A stretch of DNA of 64,000 nucleotides, taken from a virus. The notes below the pieces were generated by a model that searched no databases, was not told the origin of the DNA, and saw only the letters and a list, made by a program, of their open reading frames with translations. The stretch covers positions 13,600 to 77,599 of the IMG/VR virus record IMGVR_UViG_3300047551_001153. One strand, given 5' to 3'. Positions 24,848 to 33,417 of this stretch are shown here, in pieces. Position 1 is the first letter of the stretch. Each line of letters starts with the position of its first letter. Position numbers and translations under genes: made by a program.

Positions 24848-25239
24848 TAACGAGTCCTTTCAACGGATACTGTTGTGGTGAATACCTTTTGATGGTTATT
24901 CAAGGTGTATGTAACCTGAACTTTTAAACTATTCGTATCTTCGTCAAAAAATACATCAACTTTGCTTGATTTCACTCTTGGTTCATACTGAATAATCATT
25001 CTCTGTATTCTGTTTCTTATTTCACCCACCACAACTGATGTTGATGGTTCAAACAGCAAATCAACAACGCCCGCATTTATTTCGGGGTGAAATGGTTTTT
25101 CATTCTTTTTTAATTGGAGGAGCGATCTTACTGCTCGTCTTATGGCGGCTTCACCTTCAATCAAAGAAACATCATTTGAGAATGGGTTTCTTGAAAAGGC
25201 CATATCGAGGTCGGATGCGAAAACATTAACTTCAGGCAT
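24847..25239 (-). CDS. gp25: Baseplate wedge subunit
   Basis: 'SDLD..F..NP...DV', 'AI.R.V..L.....EKPFHPE', 'YEPRV'. Confidence 0.92.
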   Translation of the reverse strand: MPEVNVFASDLDMAFSRNPFSNDVSLIEGEAAIRRAVRSLLQLKKNEKPFHPEINAGVVDLLFEPSTSVVVGEIRNRIQRMIIQYEPRVKSSKVDVFFDEDTNSLKVQVTYTLNNHQKVFTTTVSVERTR

Positions 25240-25251
25240 ATTACCCCCTTA

Positions 25252-25548
25252 TTAGCCTCCACAGAACACAGTCGGAGAACCCGTACCCGCCGCAGAGCCG
25301 CATGAGACTGGATCTCCAATACGACCTGCATTCTTACTATTTACATACACATTTGATGACCCCATAGCAAGTTTACAGGGCGGATCGCAATGACACGAAT
25401 CGCCACAGCAATGGCTCGCCCACTTATCACCCCTTCGATGCCAACCTTTACTATTAACAATCACATTCGATGAAGCCTGAATGTTCTTTCTGGGTGGGAA
25501 ACATCCATGACCCGTGCAAGCATCGCCTTTTCTATGTACTGCTGGCAT
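25252..25548 (-). CDS. gp5.4: PAAR-domain spike tip protein
   Basis: Start MPAVHRKGD; 'CTGHGCFPP', 'GS.NV.VN.K..GRIGDPV.CG....GS..VF.GG'. Confidence 0.92.
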   Translation of the reverse strand: MPAVHRKGDACTGHGCFPPRKNIQASSNVIVNSKGWHRRGDKWASHCCGDSCHCDPPCKLAMGSSNVYVNSKNAGRIGDPVSCGSAAGTGSPTVFCGG

Positions 25549-25556
25549 ACCGACTC

Positions 25557-26207
25557 CTATAACCGATACGGCGAACATTGACCCGGCCCCGGAAAATAAC
25601 CCTTACGCTTCATACCTTTCAGATAAGTAACATTATCCACAGGTTTCGAATCAAGACTGAATGTATAACCCTCCCCAACAGGATAAGTCAGACCTTCTGG
25701 CGAACCTGTCAGGGGGTACTCGTTCTTTATATTTAGTATGAAATCGTCACGCCTTGAACTCCAATCAGTCAAGACATACATCTGAAATGCGGCATCGTAA
25801 GTGGTTGGAGAACCGACTGATCCAAAATAAGCACGGACTGTAAATACCGCATTCAATCCCAACTTGGCATAATCTAAGTAATTGGTCTGGTCATAAGGAG
25901 TGACTAAAGGGGGGTTTCCCATCTTTGAAGGAGATGTCAATCTGTTGTCTGAAACAACTCCATAGATTGCGCCATCATTCGATATTGTCAATCCCGCTGG
26001 CCACTCCCCAGAAACAACAGCGTATTTGAATGCTTCAGTCGATGTGGGCAAACTGGTTATTGGATCTGTTCCATCCAGATACGCATGGATGGACATTTGC
26101 CCCCGATTCATACACTGATGTTCAAGTATTGGTGTGGGGGAAAATCCAACAGATGGGTAAACTCTATTCGGCGGCTCCCACCGAATCGTAGATGGACTGG
26201 CGGGCAT
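25557..26207 (-). CDS. Hypothetical virion protein with putative Ig-like (He_PIG-type) segment
   Basis: 'YAVVSGEWPAGLTISNDGAIYG...FTVRA'. Confidence 0.55.
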   Translation of the reverse strand: MPASPSTIRWEPPNRVYPSVGFSPTPILEHQCMNRGQMSIHAYLDGTDPITSLPTSTEAFKYAVVSGEWPAGLTISNDGAIYGVVSDNRLTSPSKMGNPPLVTPYDQTNYLDYAKLGLNAVFTVRAYFGSVGSPTTYDAAFQMYVLTDWSSRRDDFILNIKNEYPLTGSPEGLTYPVGEGYTFSLDSKPVDNVTYLKGMKRKGYFPGPGQCSPYRL

Positions 26208-26863
26208 TAAAAATCTCCTCCGTCAAGAAGTCCCACATCGAACGGAGGGGCTTCGCCGAAGTCAGTTGCGGGTTCGGTTTCCTCTGCGGGGACAGCCGCT
26301 TCCTGAGATACTCCTCCGCCTGGTAGTTTTTCACCCAATATCGAACCGATGGGTCTCTCTGTCTGTGAAAGAACTTGTTGCTCCCCATCGGCAAGAGAGG
26401 ATTCGGTTGTTTCTTCGACAACTTTTCCCAGTCCCCCAAAAGCGTTCACATCGGAAGAATTCAAGTCAACCACGCCCACAGCAATATTTGCAATGTTTGA
26501 TGTTTGGGGCAAAACATCCTCAATAGAACTGAATGGAGTGGGTGGTATGGACGAAGCAGAAAGCGTTTCTGGGACTTTAGAACCCAATACCGAACCCTCG
26601 GGAGCGGGTGGATCTTCCACTTTTACTGGAAACTTTTCAATTTCTTTTGTGATAATGTCATCGCTGTCTATTCCAAGTTTATCATTCAGTTCGCTATTTC
26701 TTACCGCATCATCAAACGATGAGGGAACATTTACCACAGGAACTTGTGCGATTCCTATTAGTTCGGGCGGTACAACACCAACCGAAGACACAATCTCGCT
26801 CGGTGCGATTCGTGGTGGTGTCTTTGGTGCTGATATTTTATATGGTGTAGGCCCAAGTCCCAT
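26207..26863 (-). CDS. Acidic, Pro/Ser-rich hypothetical protein ending in DGGDF
   Basis: Fills the gap after gp5; SD GAGGT upstream; TAATG coupling to the next gene. Confidence 0.6.
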   Translation of the reverse strand: MGLGPTPYKISAPKTPPRIAPSEIVSSVGVVPPELIGIAQVPVVNVPSSFDDAVRNSELNDKLGIDSDDIITKEIEKFPVKVEDPPAPEGSVLGSKVPETLSASSIPPTPFSSIEDVLPQTSNIANIAVGVVDLNSSDVNAFGGLGKVVEETTESSLADGEQQVLSQTERPIGSILGEKLPGGGVSQEAAVPAEETEPATDFGEAPPFDVGLLDGGDF

Positions 26864-26877
26864 ATCGTTTGTTTACC

Positions 26878-27978
26878 TCAACCAGATTTATTGGATTTTT
26901 TATTATAGACTTTGCTGACGGTTTTACGAAGAGTCGTAAGAATAGTCTTGATACTCTTAGCGGAAAGCCCGCTCGGATTCAGGTCGATTCTGGGTGCTAC
27001 AAGCAACATATTACCTTCTGACGCAAGCGTCATCTTTCCTTTGACTTTGTGAATCATGTTCCCCAGAGTTTCCATGATAGTGTTTCCTTTCACCAAAACT
27101 CTGAAGTCTCCATCAATTTCAAACTCTAAGTGTTCGCCAGTCTTTATTTTCATTATTTTTCCGACCGTGGTTGACGAGTTGCCTTTGACTAAAATCATAT
27201 TGTCGCTGAGAGTTATGTCCCAAGCGTTTCCGACCACTTTATGCACTTCACTTCCCAAGGGGTGTGTTTCGGTAAAAGAACCAGACTTGTGGTATTCGTG
27301 AATGCGCTCAGAGCCAGGTGTGTCATCTACTTCAAATATGTGTCCAGATTCCGTTTCGACAACATGGTTCTTTGGATATTTCGCCGCATAGGGCGTTTTT
27401 GGCTCTTCCCATGAGCCGTATAAAGCGGTGTCGCACTTGTTTCTGGAATCATCTTTTTTCTTAACAATCGTCCAATCCACATTCTCATTTCTCGCCAAAC
27501 GATTTGTATCTGGCTCACCCATTCTACCCTCTACGGGATAAATCTTTGATGGATCTCGGAAACCCAATTCGTAGTCCATGTAATTATTGGTACTTCTCTT
27601 TTTTCCCATGTCGTTATATGGGACTTTACCCTTTGATTTATCCACGAAGTCTGGCTTCTGTATTCCACCATAGGAGCCAATAACAAGCGGTTGTTGGGCA
27701 TTTGTGCCATCTAAGAAAAATCCGATCACCCAACAGCCTTGCAAAAGTCCCGTGGGCGAGTGTCCTAATCCAGACATGGCAGGGCTTGTGATTGGTTGCA
27801 TCACCTGCGCCCACGGGAGGTCGTTGGTGGGTATACCTTTCTCCGACTTCTCGTCCGTATGCCAACCAAGTATTCGGACCTTGACTCGACCGATTTTCAT
27901 CGGATCGTTGATCTCCTCAACCACCCCAGTCCACCAAACAAATGTATCTAATCCTGCATAATCGGATCTGGTTGTCAT
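26878..27978 (-). CDS. gp5: Baseplate central spike gp5 (OB fold + beta-helix, no lysozyme domain)
   Basis: 'WW.GVVE...DP..IGRV.VR..G.H', 'LPWA', 'GFFLDG..AQQP', 'YP.NHV.ETESGH..E.DDTPG.ERIH..H.SG', 'RIDLN'. Confidence 0.93.
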   Translation of the reverse strand: MTTRSDYAGLDTFVWWTGVVEEINDPMKIGRVKVRILGWHTDEKSEKGIPTNDLPWAQVMQPITSPAMSGLGHSPTGLLQGCWVIGFFLDGTNAQQPLVIGSYGGIQKPDFVDKSKGKVPYNDMGKKRSTNNYMDYELGFRDPSKIYPVEGRMGEPDTNRLARNENVDWTIVKKKDDSRNKCDTALYGSWEEPKTPYAAKYPKNHVVETESGHIFEVDDTPGSERIHEYHKSGSFTETHPLGSEVHKVVGNAWDITLSDNMILVKGNSSTTVGKIMKIKTGEHLEFEIDGDFRVLVKGNTIMETLGNMIHKVKGKMTLASEGNMLLVAPRIDLNPSGLSAKSIKTILTTLRKTVSKVYNKKSNKSG

Positions 27979-29315
27979 AATATTTCCACTTCCTTTGGTT
28001 TCTTGTCAGGTGCGGGTTCGACAAGCGAGTCTTTTGCCAAAGTCACAGTCATTTCATGCAAGCCTGAAGTATATTCATGGGCAATCGCAATCACCATATA
28101 TTTACCTGAGAGATAGCGATCTGTTTCCTCTTTCGACTCGGAAACTTTCTCTGTTGCCATAATTTTAAGCCTGACAGTCTCTCCGACTCTGAGTGTGGAG
28201 TCACCAAAAACACGGATTGACATGATAAAAGAGTTCATCTGGTTCAACAGAGATTGTCGTTCCAGACTTCTATCCACGAAAGAACTATCGGCGATTTTGT
28301 CCCATGTATAATGAGGCTTTATATGATATTTCAGGTAAGCCGTATCGAATTTTGACAGAATATCATTTCGATTTATCAGCGGCTTGGAGTTCATTCCTGG
28401 GTTTCTATCAAAAAGATTATTATACAAATGCGTGTTGGCGTAATAAGATTTGGTGGTCATCTCAAAAACCAACTGACTTGCGCCATACATTCCTTCGGAA
28501 ACCTCTTTCAGGCGGTCGTGGGCATCATTAATGTTGTATCGTGTGATTGTCCGCAACTCAAGGACTGGGAGCCTGTCACCCGACTTTGACCGCTGACCCG
28601 CAGGAATATTGGTGTATTCCCGAACGGCCTCATTCACTTTCATTTTGCTGAGTGAGTGAAAATAGTATCCGTCAATAGTTTGATAAAACAAAAAGTCGCT
28701 CATCCACTCGTTCTGTGAGGCGGTGGAGCGATATGACAACCAGTTCAAAGCATACAGGGGGGACCAATTAGTCAATATCAAATTTGTAGGAGTATTCTGT
28801 GATTCGTGTGTACTCATAAACGGAGCATTGCTCCGAGTAGAGTCGGCAAGTGAAGGTTTGATGTCTTCAAAAACAGAAACCGCCATGTTTGAGTATGTCA
28901 TGTTTTTCAAAACACGATTCATCTTTACCAAACTTGAGATGGTCATGATGGGGGATATGAGTTCAAGGCGAATAACGGTCGTAGCCTGACCCTCCTCACC
29001 ACGAAGTTGGGATGAGACTTTATAAACATCCATCTCAACTTTTCTGAACTTATCGTCAACACCCGGTGTTTTGAACTTTATGAAAACCTTCTCACGACCT
29101 ATTATCGGTATGTGTTTGAGAAGGTTTAGCGAGTCCATAATAAGAATATTTCCAGACAACCCGTTTGAGTATATGTTTTCGAAAATAGTAAACGCACCGA
29201 CCATCTTGGTGATGTTCACCTGAAAACCTGTTTGCGTGGAAACAATAAGAACTTCATCGAGGAGAATGTCTCCTGCGTGATTAAGCGTATCGGATGATGA
29301 TAAAGAATCAGCCAA
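27975..29315 (-). CDS. Baseplate hub protein (gp27-like)
   Basis: 'IFENI....LSG.I...DS.NL....PIIG.E', 'FLFYQT..G..F.SL', 'GD..L.VG..V', 'LSGKY.V..I.H'; lies between gp53 and gp5. Confidence 0.8.
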   Translation of the reverse strand: MADSLSSSDTLNHAGDILLDEVLIVSTQTGFQVNITKMVGAFTIFENIYSNGLSGNILIMDSLNLLKHIPIIGREKVFIKFKTPGVDDKFRKVEMDVYKVSSQLRGEEGQATTVIRLELISPIMTISSLVKMNRVLKNMTYSNMAVSVFEDIKPSLADSTRSNAPFMSTHESQNTPTNLILTNWSPLYALNWLSYRSTASQNEWMSDFLFYQTIDGYYFHSLSKMKVNEAVREYTNIPAGQRSKSGDRLPVLELRTITRYNINDAHDRLKEVSEGMYGASQLVFEMTTKSYYANTHLYNNLFDRNPGMNSKPLINRNDILSKFDTAYLKYHIKPHYTWDKIADSSFVDRSLERQSLLNQMNSFIMSIRVFGDSTLRVGETVRLKIMATEKVSESKEETDRYLSGKYMVIAIAHEYTSGLHEMTVTLAKDSLVEPAPDKKPKEVEIL

Positions 29316-30213
29316 TGAAAATCTTCCTCAATTCCGTTGCGACAAATTCAGTAAATTCTGGGCGCAACATTTTTATAACTCTCTTCTTGTCGTTTTCCCT
29401 GATTTCATAGTCGATGTTAATTATGGGTGTCACAAATGATCCGTCAGGCATTGGACGCAAATCATTTCCACGAATATATCGCTCAAGATTGCTTGACTTA
29501 TTTTTATCGGCGTTTACATATACGGGATTTATACCCAAATCTCTTCTTACCTGCTCTATACTTTCAACAAAATGATGGTCAACTATTTCTTCCGAGTCTA
29601 ACTTTTCGAAATGATGAACTGCGTAGCGATTGTCATCTACGATTCGATAGACTCTTGCGGTAAAGGACTTCCCATCCGATCTTTGATGATAAAGGATGTT
29701 CTGCGATATACCGAAGAAGTCCAAACTTTCAGGTATTGTGCTGACACTTGGTGAATTTTCATCTACTACGACTTTGTATAGGTTCGGTTCCCAAGCCAGA
29801 ATGGTCACATCATATCCATTGATTGTGGTGACGCTTCCTTCGGATGTGGGCTGAATCCAGAAATCGCTTTGGGTGGATGATGCCTCTTCTAAATCTATAA
29901 AGTACGCCCTTCCTGGATACTTTTGGCTCACGGATTTTTCCAACTCAACGCTTGATGATGGCCAATCAAAATATGGATTCAGTATCTCATTGAAAAGCAG
30001 TATCGTCCAATGGAGTGTCGGTTTTCCGTAAACACGATAGGCTAATTGTTCGGGTCTTTCGCCATCTCTGATCGTATAATCCAAATAAGACACTTGAGTG
30101 TTGCTTACATAATCAAGTATTTTTGCACGCACGGTCAAATCGGTCGCCAACATCGGAGGTCTTCCGACATCATCGCTGTAATACGATACTGGGAAATACT
30201 TGAAGTATGACAT
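29308..30213 (-). CDS. gp53: Baseplate wedge protein
   Basis: 'MSYFKYFP', 'Y.I.DGERPE.LA...YG...HW.ILL.N.I..PY.DWP', 'YE..END.KR.IK'. Confidence 0.92.
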   Translation of the reverse strand: MSYFKYFPVSYYSDDVGRPPMLATDLTVRAKILDYVSNTQVSYLDYTIRDGERPEQLAYRVYGKPTLHWTILLFNEILNPYFDWPSSSVELEKSVSQKYPGRAYFIDLEEASSTQSDFWIQPTSEGSVTTINGYDVTILAWEPNLYKVVVDENSPSVSTIPESLDFFGISQNILYHQRSDGKSFTARVYRIVDDNRYAVHHFEKLDSEEIVDHHFVESIEQVRRDLGINPVYVNADKNKSSNLERYIRGNDLRPMPDGSFVTPIINIDYEIRENDKKRVIKMLRPEFTEFVATELRKIFIG

Positions 30214-31481
30214 CAATATCCTCTGTCAATTTCTTCTCTGGTGAGTATTGAGAGTTCTTCGAAATCAAGCGACATTCTTACGAGAGTGGGGTGAACAACG
30301 GTTGACTTTCCGTCAGTGCTTGCAAGTTTGAATCCACTGAAAAATTTTTGCTCTCCATACTTAACATCTATTCCCGTTAGAGCGCACTTTCTGATTTTTG
30401 GTACACGGATAATTTCTTCATTATTGAAAAGAAAGGTTATATCGAACTCTGCGGGAAAGTCAAGAAACCTACCATCTCGTGATCTTTTGGGGTGGCTATA
30501 TTGCCTGAATTTTCTCACAATCATGTCCACGGATTTCGCTTCCTGTGGAGAGCGAGGAGTAAAAGAGAATTCATATTTAAACTTTCTTCTCTGAACACCC
30601 TTGAACAAGTGAACAAGAAAGGGGTTTACAATCTCACGCTTGCTTGCTTTGTTGTAGTTTTGAAACAATTCTTTTCCACCTAAACTATCAGCAACTTCAT
30701 CTGCTACACTTAGCATTTGCAAAGAAAGTTTTTTAGCAATCTCGCCCATCCCGTCTGGGTTGTCAATTCCTCCAAGTGCTTGGAGGGCTTTAACGATGTC
30801 AATAGCACCAAGATCGGCTGATTCATAATCCATTTGAGAATTGAATGAAATATTCGAAGGAAGATACAAGTATATCGACTCTTTCTTCTCCGTCAGACCA
30901 ACTAAACCAGTCACTTCTTCTTCTTTACTATCACGCATGGTTCCTACGCCAGTTACATTTCCATTTGCATCTCTTTGAAAGTCACGCTTTTTGACCTGAC
31001 TTCCCGTGACATTTGTAATCTGACTTATTTGTGTCTGCAAAGCGGCGTTTCCACCTTGCAATAAGGCTTTGCCATATGTTGTGGCCGAAACTCCGTTGCC
31101 TGCCTCTCGTTGTTGTTTTAACTCGGCGTAAGCCTTATCTAAAGATGCCATGGCATCGTTATTTCTTTTTCGGTTTGAGTCGAGAGTAGCACCACCAGTA
31201 TCAAATATATCAAATCTCATTCCAAATGCGTACTCTTTGGTCTGAAATAAATCCCTTGGAAAGTAAAGCAGTCGAGTATCTTTACTTAGATCATCACCAT
31301 AAAGTTTCGATTCAAACTCATTTGAAACTGGTGGATTAGGCTCGGGCGTTGATTGAGTATCGAGCGAGCCTTTGAACACCGATGATTCATTATTAGTCTC
31401 AACTACGGTGGTTCCGTCAGCAAGACGATATTTGTCATCTGCGCCGTTGTCTGATTTACCTAAGTATATTCTGTCTGGCAT
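30213..31481 (-). CDS. gp48: Baseplate tail-tube cap
   Basis: 'IYLYLP', 'NP....LFKGV.RR.F.YEF.F.PRS..EA..V..IV..F', 'FP.EF.I', 'C.LT.I.V.Y', 'F.EL.ILTR'. Start reassigned to MPDRIY, 5 nt after CTAAATA. Confidence 0.88.
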   Translation of the reverse strand: MPDRIYLGKSDNGADDKYRLADGTTVVETNNESSVFKGSLDTQSTPEPNPPVSNEFESKLYGDDLSKDTRLLYFPRDLFQTKEYAFGMRFDIFDTGGATLDSNRKRNNDAMASLDKAYAELKQQREAGNGVSATTYGKALLQGGNAALQTQISQITNVTGSQVKKRDFQRDANGNVTGVGTMRDSKEEEVTGLVGLTEKKESIYLYLPSNISFNSQMDYESADLGAIDIVKALQALGGIDNPDGMGEIAKKLSLQMLSVADEVADSLGGKELFQNYNKASKREIVNPFLVHLFKGVQRRKFKYEFSFTPRSPQEAKSVDMIVRKFRQYSHPKRSRDGRFLDFPAEFDITFLFNNEEIIRVPKIRKCALTGIDVKYGEQKFFSGFKLASTDGKSTVVHPTLVRMSLDFEELSILTREEIDRGY

Positions 31482-31486
31482 AATAC

Positions 31487-31510
31487 TATTTAGTCCCTTT
31501 CCTATAAATA
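31487..31510. promoter_or_regulatory. Back-to-back late (gp55-type) promoters: CTAAATA (-, 31487-31493) for gp48 and TATAAATA (+, 31503-31510) for gp4
   Basis: T4 late consensus TATAAATA in the divergent intergenic gap. Confidence 0.8.
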
Positions 31511-31520
31511 CATCCACATC

Positions 31521-31985
31521 ATGACACGGCGACCCAACGAGAGTTATAAGGGGAAGTACACTCCCCGACACCCCGAGAAGTACAAAGGCAATCCCGACCT
31601 TTGTATCTACCGCTCGCTCTGGGAACGAAAGTTCATGACATTCTGCGATGACACCCCGTCCGTCATTGAGTGGTCATCGGAGGAAATCGTCGTTCCCTAC
31701 ATCTCGCCTCTGGACGGACGCAGACACCGCTACTTCGTGGACTTCTGGGTCAAGGTCAAGTCCAAGGACGAGACCATCAAGGAGTACCTGATTGAGGTCA
31801 AGCCGAAGTCCCAAACCGAGCCTCCCAAGCCCCCCAAAACCAAGCGGGTCTCCAAGTCCAAAATAACGGAAATGCGGAACTGGATGATTAACTCCGCCAA
31901 ATGGAACGCCGCCCGTAAGGTTTGCGAGGATAAGGGTTGGGAGTTCAAGATTCTGACCGAAGATAATCTTTTCTCCACCAGTTGA
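31521..31985 (+). CDS. gp4: Head completion protein
   Basis: 'YKGKY.P..PEKYKG....IYRSLWERKFM..CD....V.EWSSEE..VPY.SP.DG..HRYF.DF', 'IEVKP..QT', 'N.AKW.AA'. Confidence 0.93.
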   Translation: MTRRPNESYKGKYTPRHPEKYKGNPDLCIYRSLWERKFMTFCDDTPSVIEWSSEEIVVPYISPLDGRRHRYFVDFWVKVKSKDETIKEYLIEVKPKSQTEPPKPPKTKRVSKSKITEMRNWMINSAKWNAARKVCEDKGWEFKILTEDNLFSTS

Positions 31986-32009
31986 TTTTTGCCGATTCGG
32001 GAGTATACT
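31982..32009 (+). promoter_or_regulatory. sigma70-like promoter TTGATT-N16-TATACT (primase, probably leaderless)
   Basis: ATG 32016 lies 6 nt after the -10 box. Confidence 0.65.
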
Positions 32010-32015
32010 GACCCC

Positions 32016-33044
32016 ATGGCGATGTACTTAGATGCGAAGTTCATAAACCTGCTCTCCCCGAGGCTTGAGCGGTTCAAGTGGAAGAAGAGCAACCTTGCCA
32101 GTTGCCGTTGCCCCGTCTGTGGCGACTCAATCAAAAACAAGTCCAAGACCCGCTTCTATTTCTATGAAAAGAACGGCGACTATTTCGTCCGTTGCCATAA
32201 CTGCGACTACAGCACCACTCTGGGTGTATTCATTCGTTTCATGGACGAGGGGCTTTACCGACAATATTGTCTGGAAGCCTTTGCCGACAAGAAGGCGGCC
32301 TCGCCTACCCCCGAGCGCAAGCCCGAGCCTATAACGCCTCCTAAGCCAAAGAACGAGGCTTTACAGAGCATCCCGAGACTCGTTGACCTGCCCAAAGACC
32401 ACTGTGCCCTCGCATGGGCGGACACCCGAAGGATTCCCGAACAACGCCGACACCTCCTCTACTACGCCCCAAACTTCTGGGAGTTCGTCAATCAGATTGA
32501 CCCCGAAGCCAAGGTGGGTGATGACGAGCGTATCGTTATCCCTATCTTTGACCTAAAAGGTAATCTCACGGGCGTGCAGGGGCGACTTCTGAAATCGAAT
32601 AACCACAAGTGGAAAGAAATCCGATACATGACTATCAAGGTCAACCCGAACGGAGACCGACTCTGGTATGGTCTGGAGCGAGTCAAGACTGATGAGCCAA
32701 TCGTAGTTACGGAAGGGCCGATTGACAGCCTGTTCCTCCGTAATGGCGTGGCGATGCTTGGCTTGTCCGACCCACTCTATGTCCCCGAGGGTATCCCACC
32801 CGAGCGTCTCATCTACGCTCTGGACAATGAACCCCGTAACGAGCAGGTTGTTGAAGCCATGCTCAAACTTGTCGATGCGGGGCGTAAGGTTTGTGTCTGG
32901 GACAGGAGCGTCAAGTCCATCAAGGACATCAATGATATGGTCATGCGAAACATCCGACCAGTTGAGATTGAGTCCATGATACGCACCTGTTCCTACAACG
33001 GATTGTCTGGAATGTTGGCCGTGAATCGTTGGAAGCGAGTCTAA
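32016..33044 (+). CDS. gp61: DNA primase
   Basis: Zn ribbon 'CRCPVCGDS.KNKSK.R', 'CHNC', TOPRIM 'VTEGPIDSLF', 'DNEPRN', 'KDINDM'. Confidence 0.95.
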   Translation: MAMYLDAKFINLLSPRLERFKWKKSNLASCRCPVCGDSIKNKSKTRFYFYEKNGDYFVRCHNCDYSTTLGVFIRFMDEGLYRQYCLEAFADKKAASPTPERKPEPITPPKPKNEALQSIPRLVDLPKDHCALAWADTRRIPEQRRHLLYYAPNFWEFVNQIDPEAKVGDDERIVIPIFDLKGNLTGVQGRLLKSNNHKWKEIRYMTIKVNPNGDRLWYGLERVKTDEPIVVTEGPIDSLFLRNGVAMLGLSDPLYVPEGIPPERLIYALDNEPRNEQVVEAMLKLVDAGRKVCVWDRSVKSIKDINDMVMRNIRPVEIESMIRTCSYNGLSGMLAVNRWKRV

Positions 33045-33070
33045 ATAGCGTACCTTATAAGGAGTCTTGT

Positions 33071-33370
33071 ATGAATGTGAAGTTAATTGGTTTGCCGAGC
33101 GGTGAGCAGTTGTTGGTGGATGTCGTGGGTGAAGATGGTCAGGGTCTTCATATCAAGTCCCCCGCCGTCCTTCTTCCTGCGGGTCAGGGGCGTTTGGCTC
33201 TTGTTCCGTGGCTCCCGTACGGCGAGACGGACAACATGGTTTTGAAGAATGTGTCGTTCATGATTGCGCCGAAGGTGGAACTCCTGAACGAGTACAACTC
33301 CATGTTCGGTAGTGGTCTGGTGATTCCTCCCAAGGAACTCGCCACGCCGAAACTTGTCCTGACCGAATAG
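33071..33370 (+). CDS. Small conserved T4-like protein (Sm-like fold candidate)
   Basis: 'VKLI.L.SGE.L', 'L.PWLPY', 'EYNSMFGSGLV.P'; SD AAGGAG and CTAAATA (33041-33047) upstream. Confidence 0.7.
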   Translation: MNVKLIGLPSGEQLLVDVVGEDGQGLHIKSPAVLLPAGQGRLALVPWLPYGETDNMVLKNVSFMIAPKVELLNEYNSMFGSGLVIPPKELATPKLVLTE

Positions 33371-33384
33371 TCTTACCTGTTCCA

Positions 33385-33417
33385 AAAGAAAGGCCCCCGA
33401 AAGGGGGCTTTTTCTTT
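33385..33417. terminator. Bidirectional intrinsic terminator
   Basis: AAAGAAAGGCCCCC-GAAA-GGGGGCTTTTTCTTT between convergent genes. Confidence 0.92.

Noticed and set aside
30213-31571. ORF-track starts for gp48 (31571), gp46 (35164), nrdJ (42495), gp55 (54178), uvsY (57527), gp32 (60205) and others
   Set aside because: The upstream extensions run through promoters or neighbouring genes; downstream ATGs fit the SD/promoter position and conserved N-termini.
31521-31985. TnsA-like endonuclease fold suggesting a transposon
   Set aside because: Sequence and position (divergent from gp48) identify it as head completion protein gp4.
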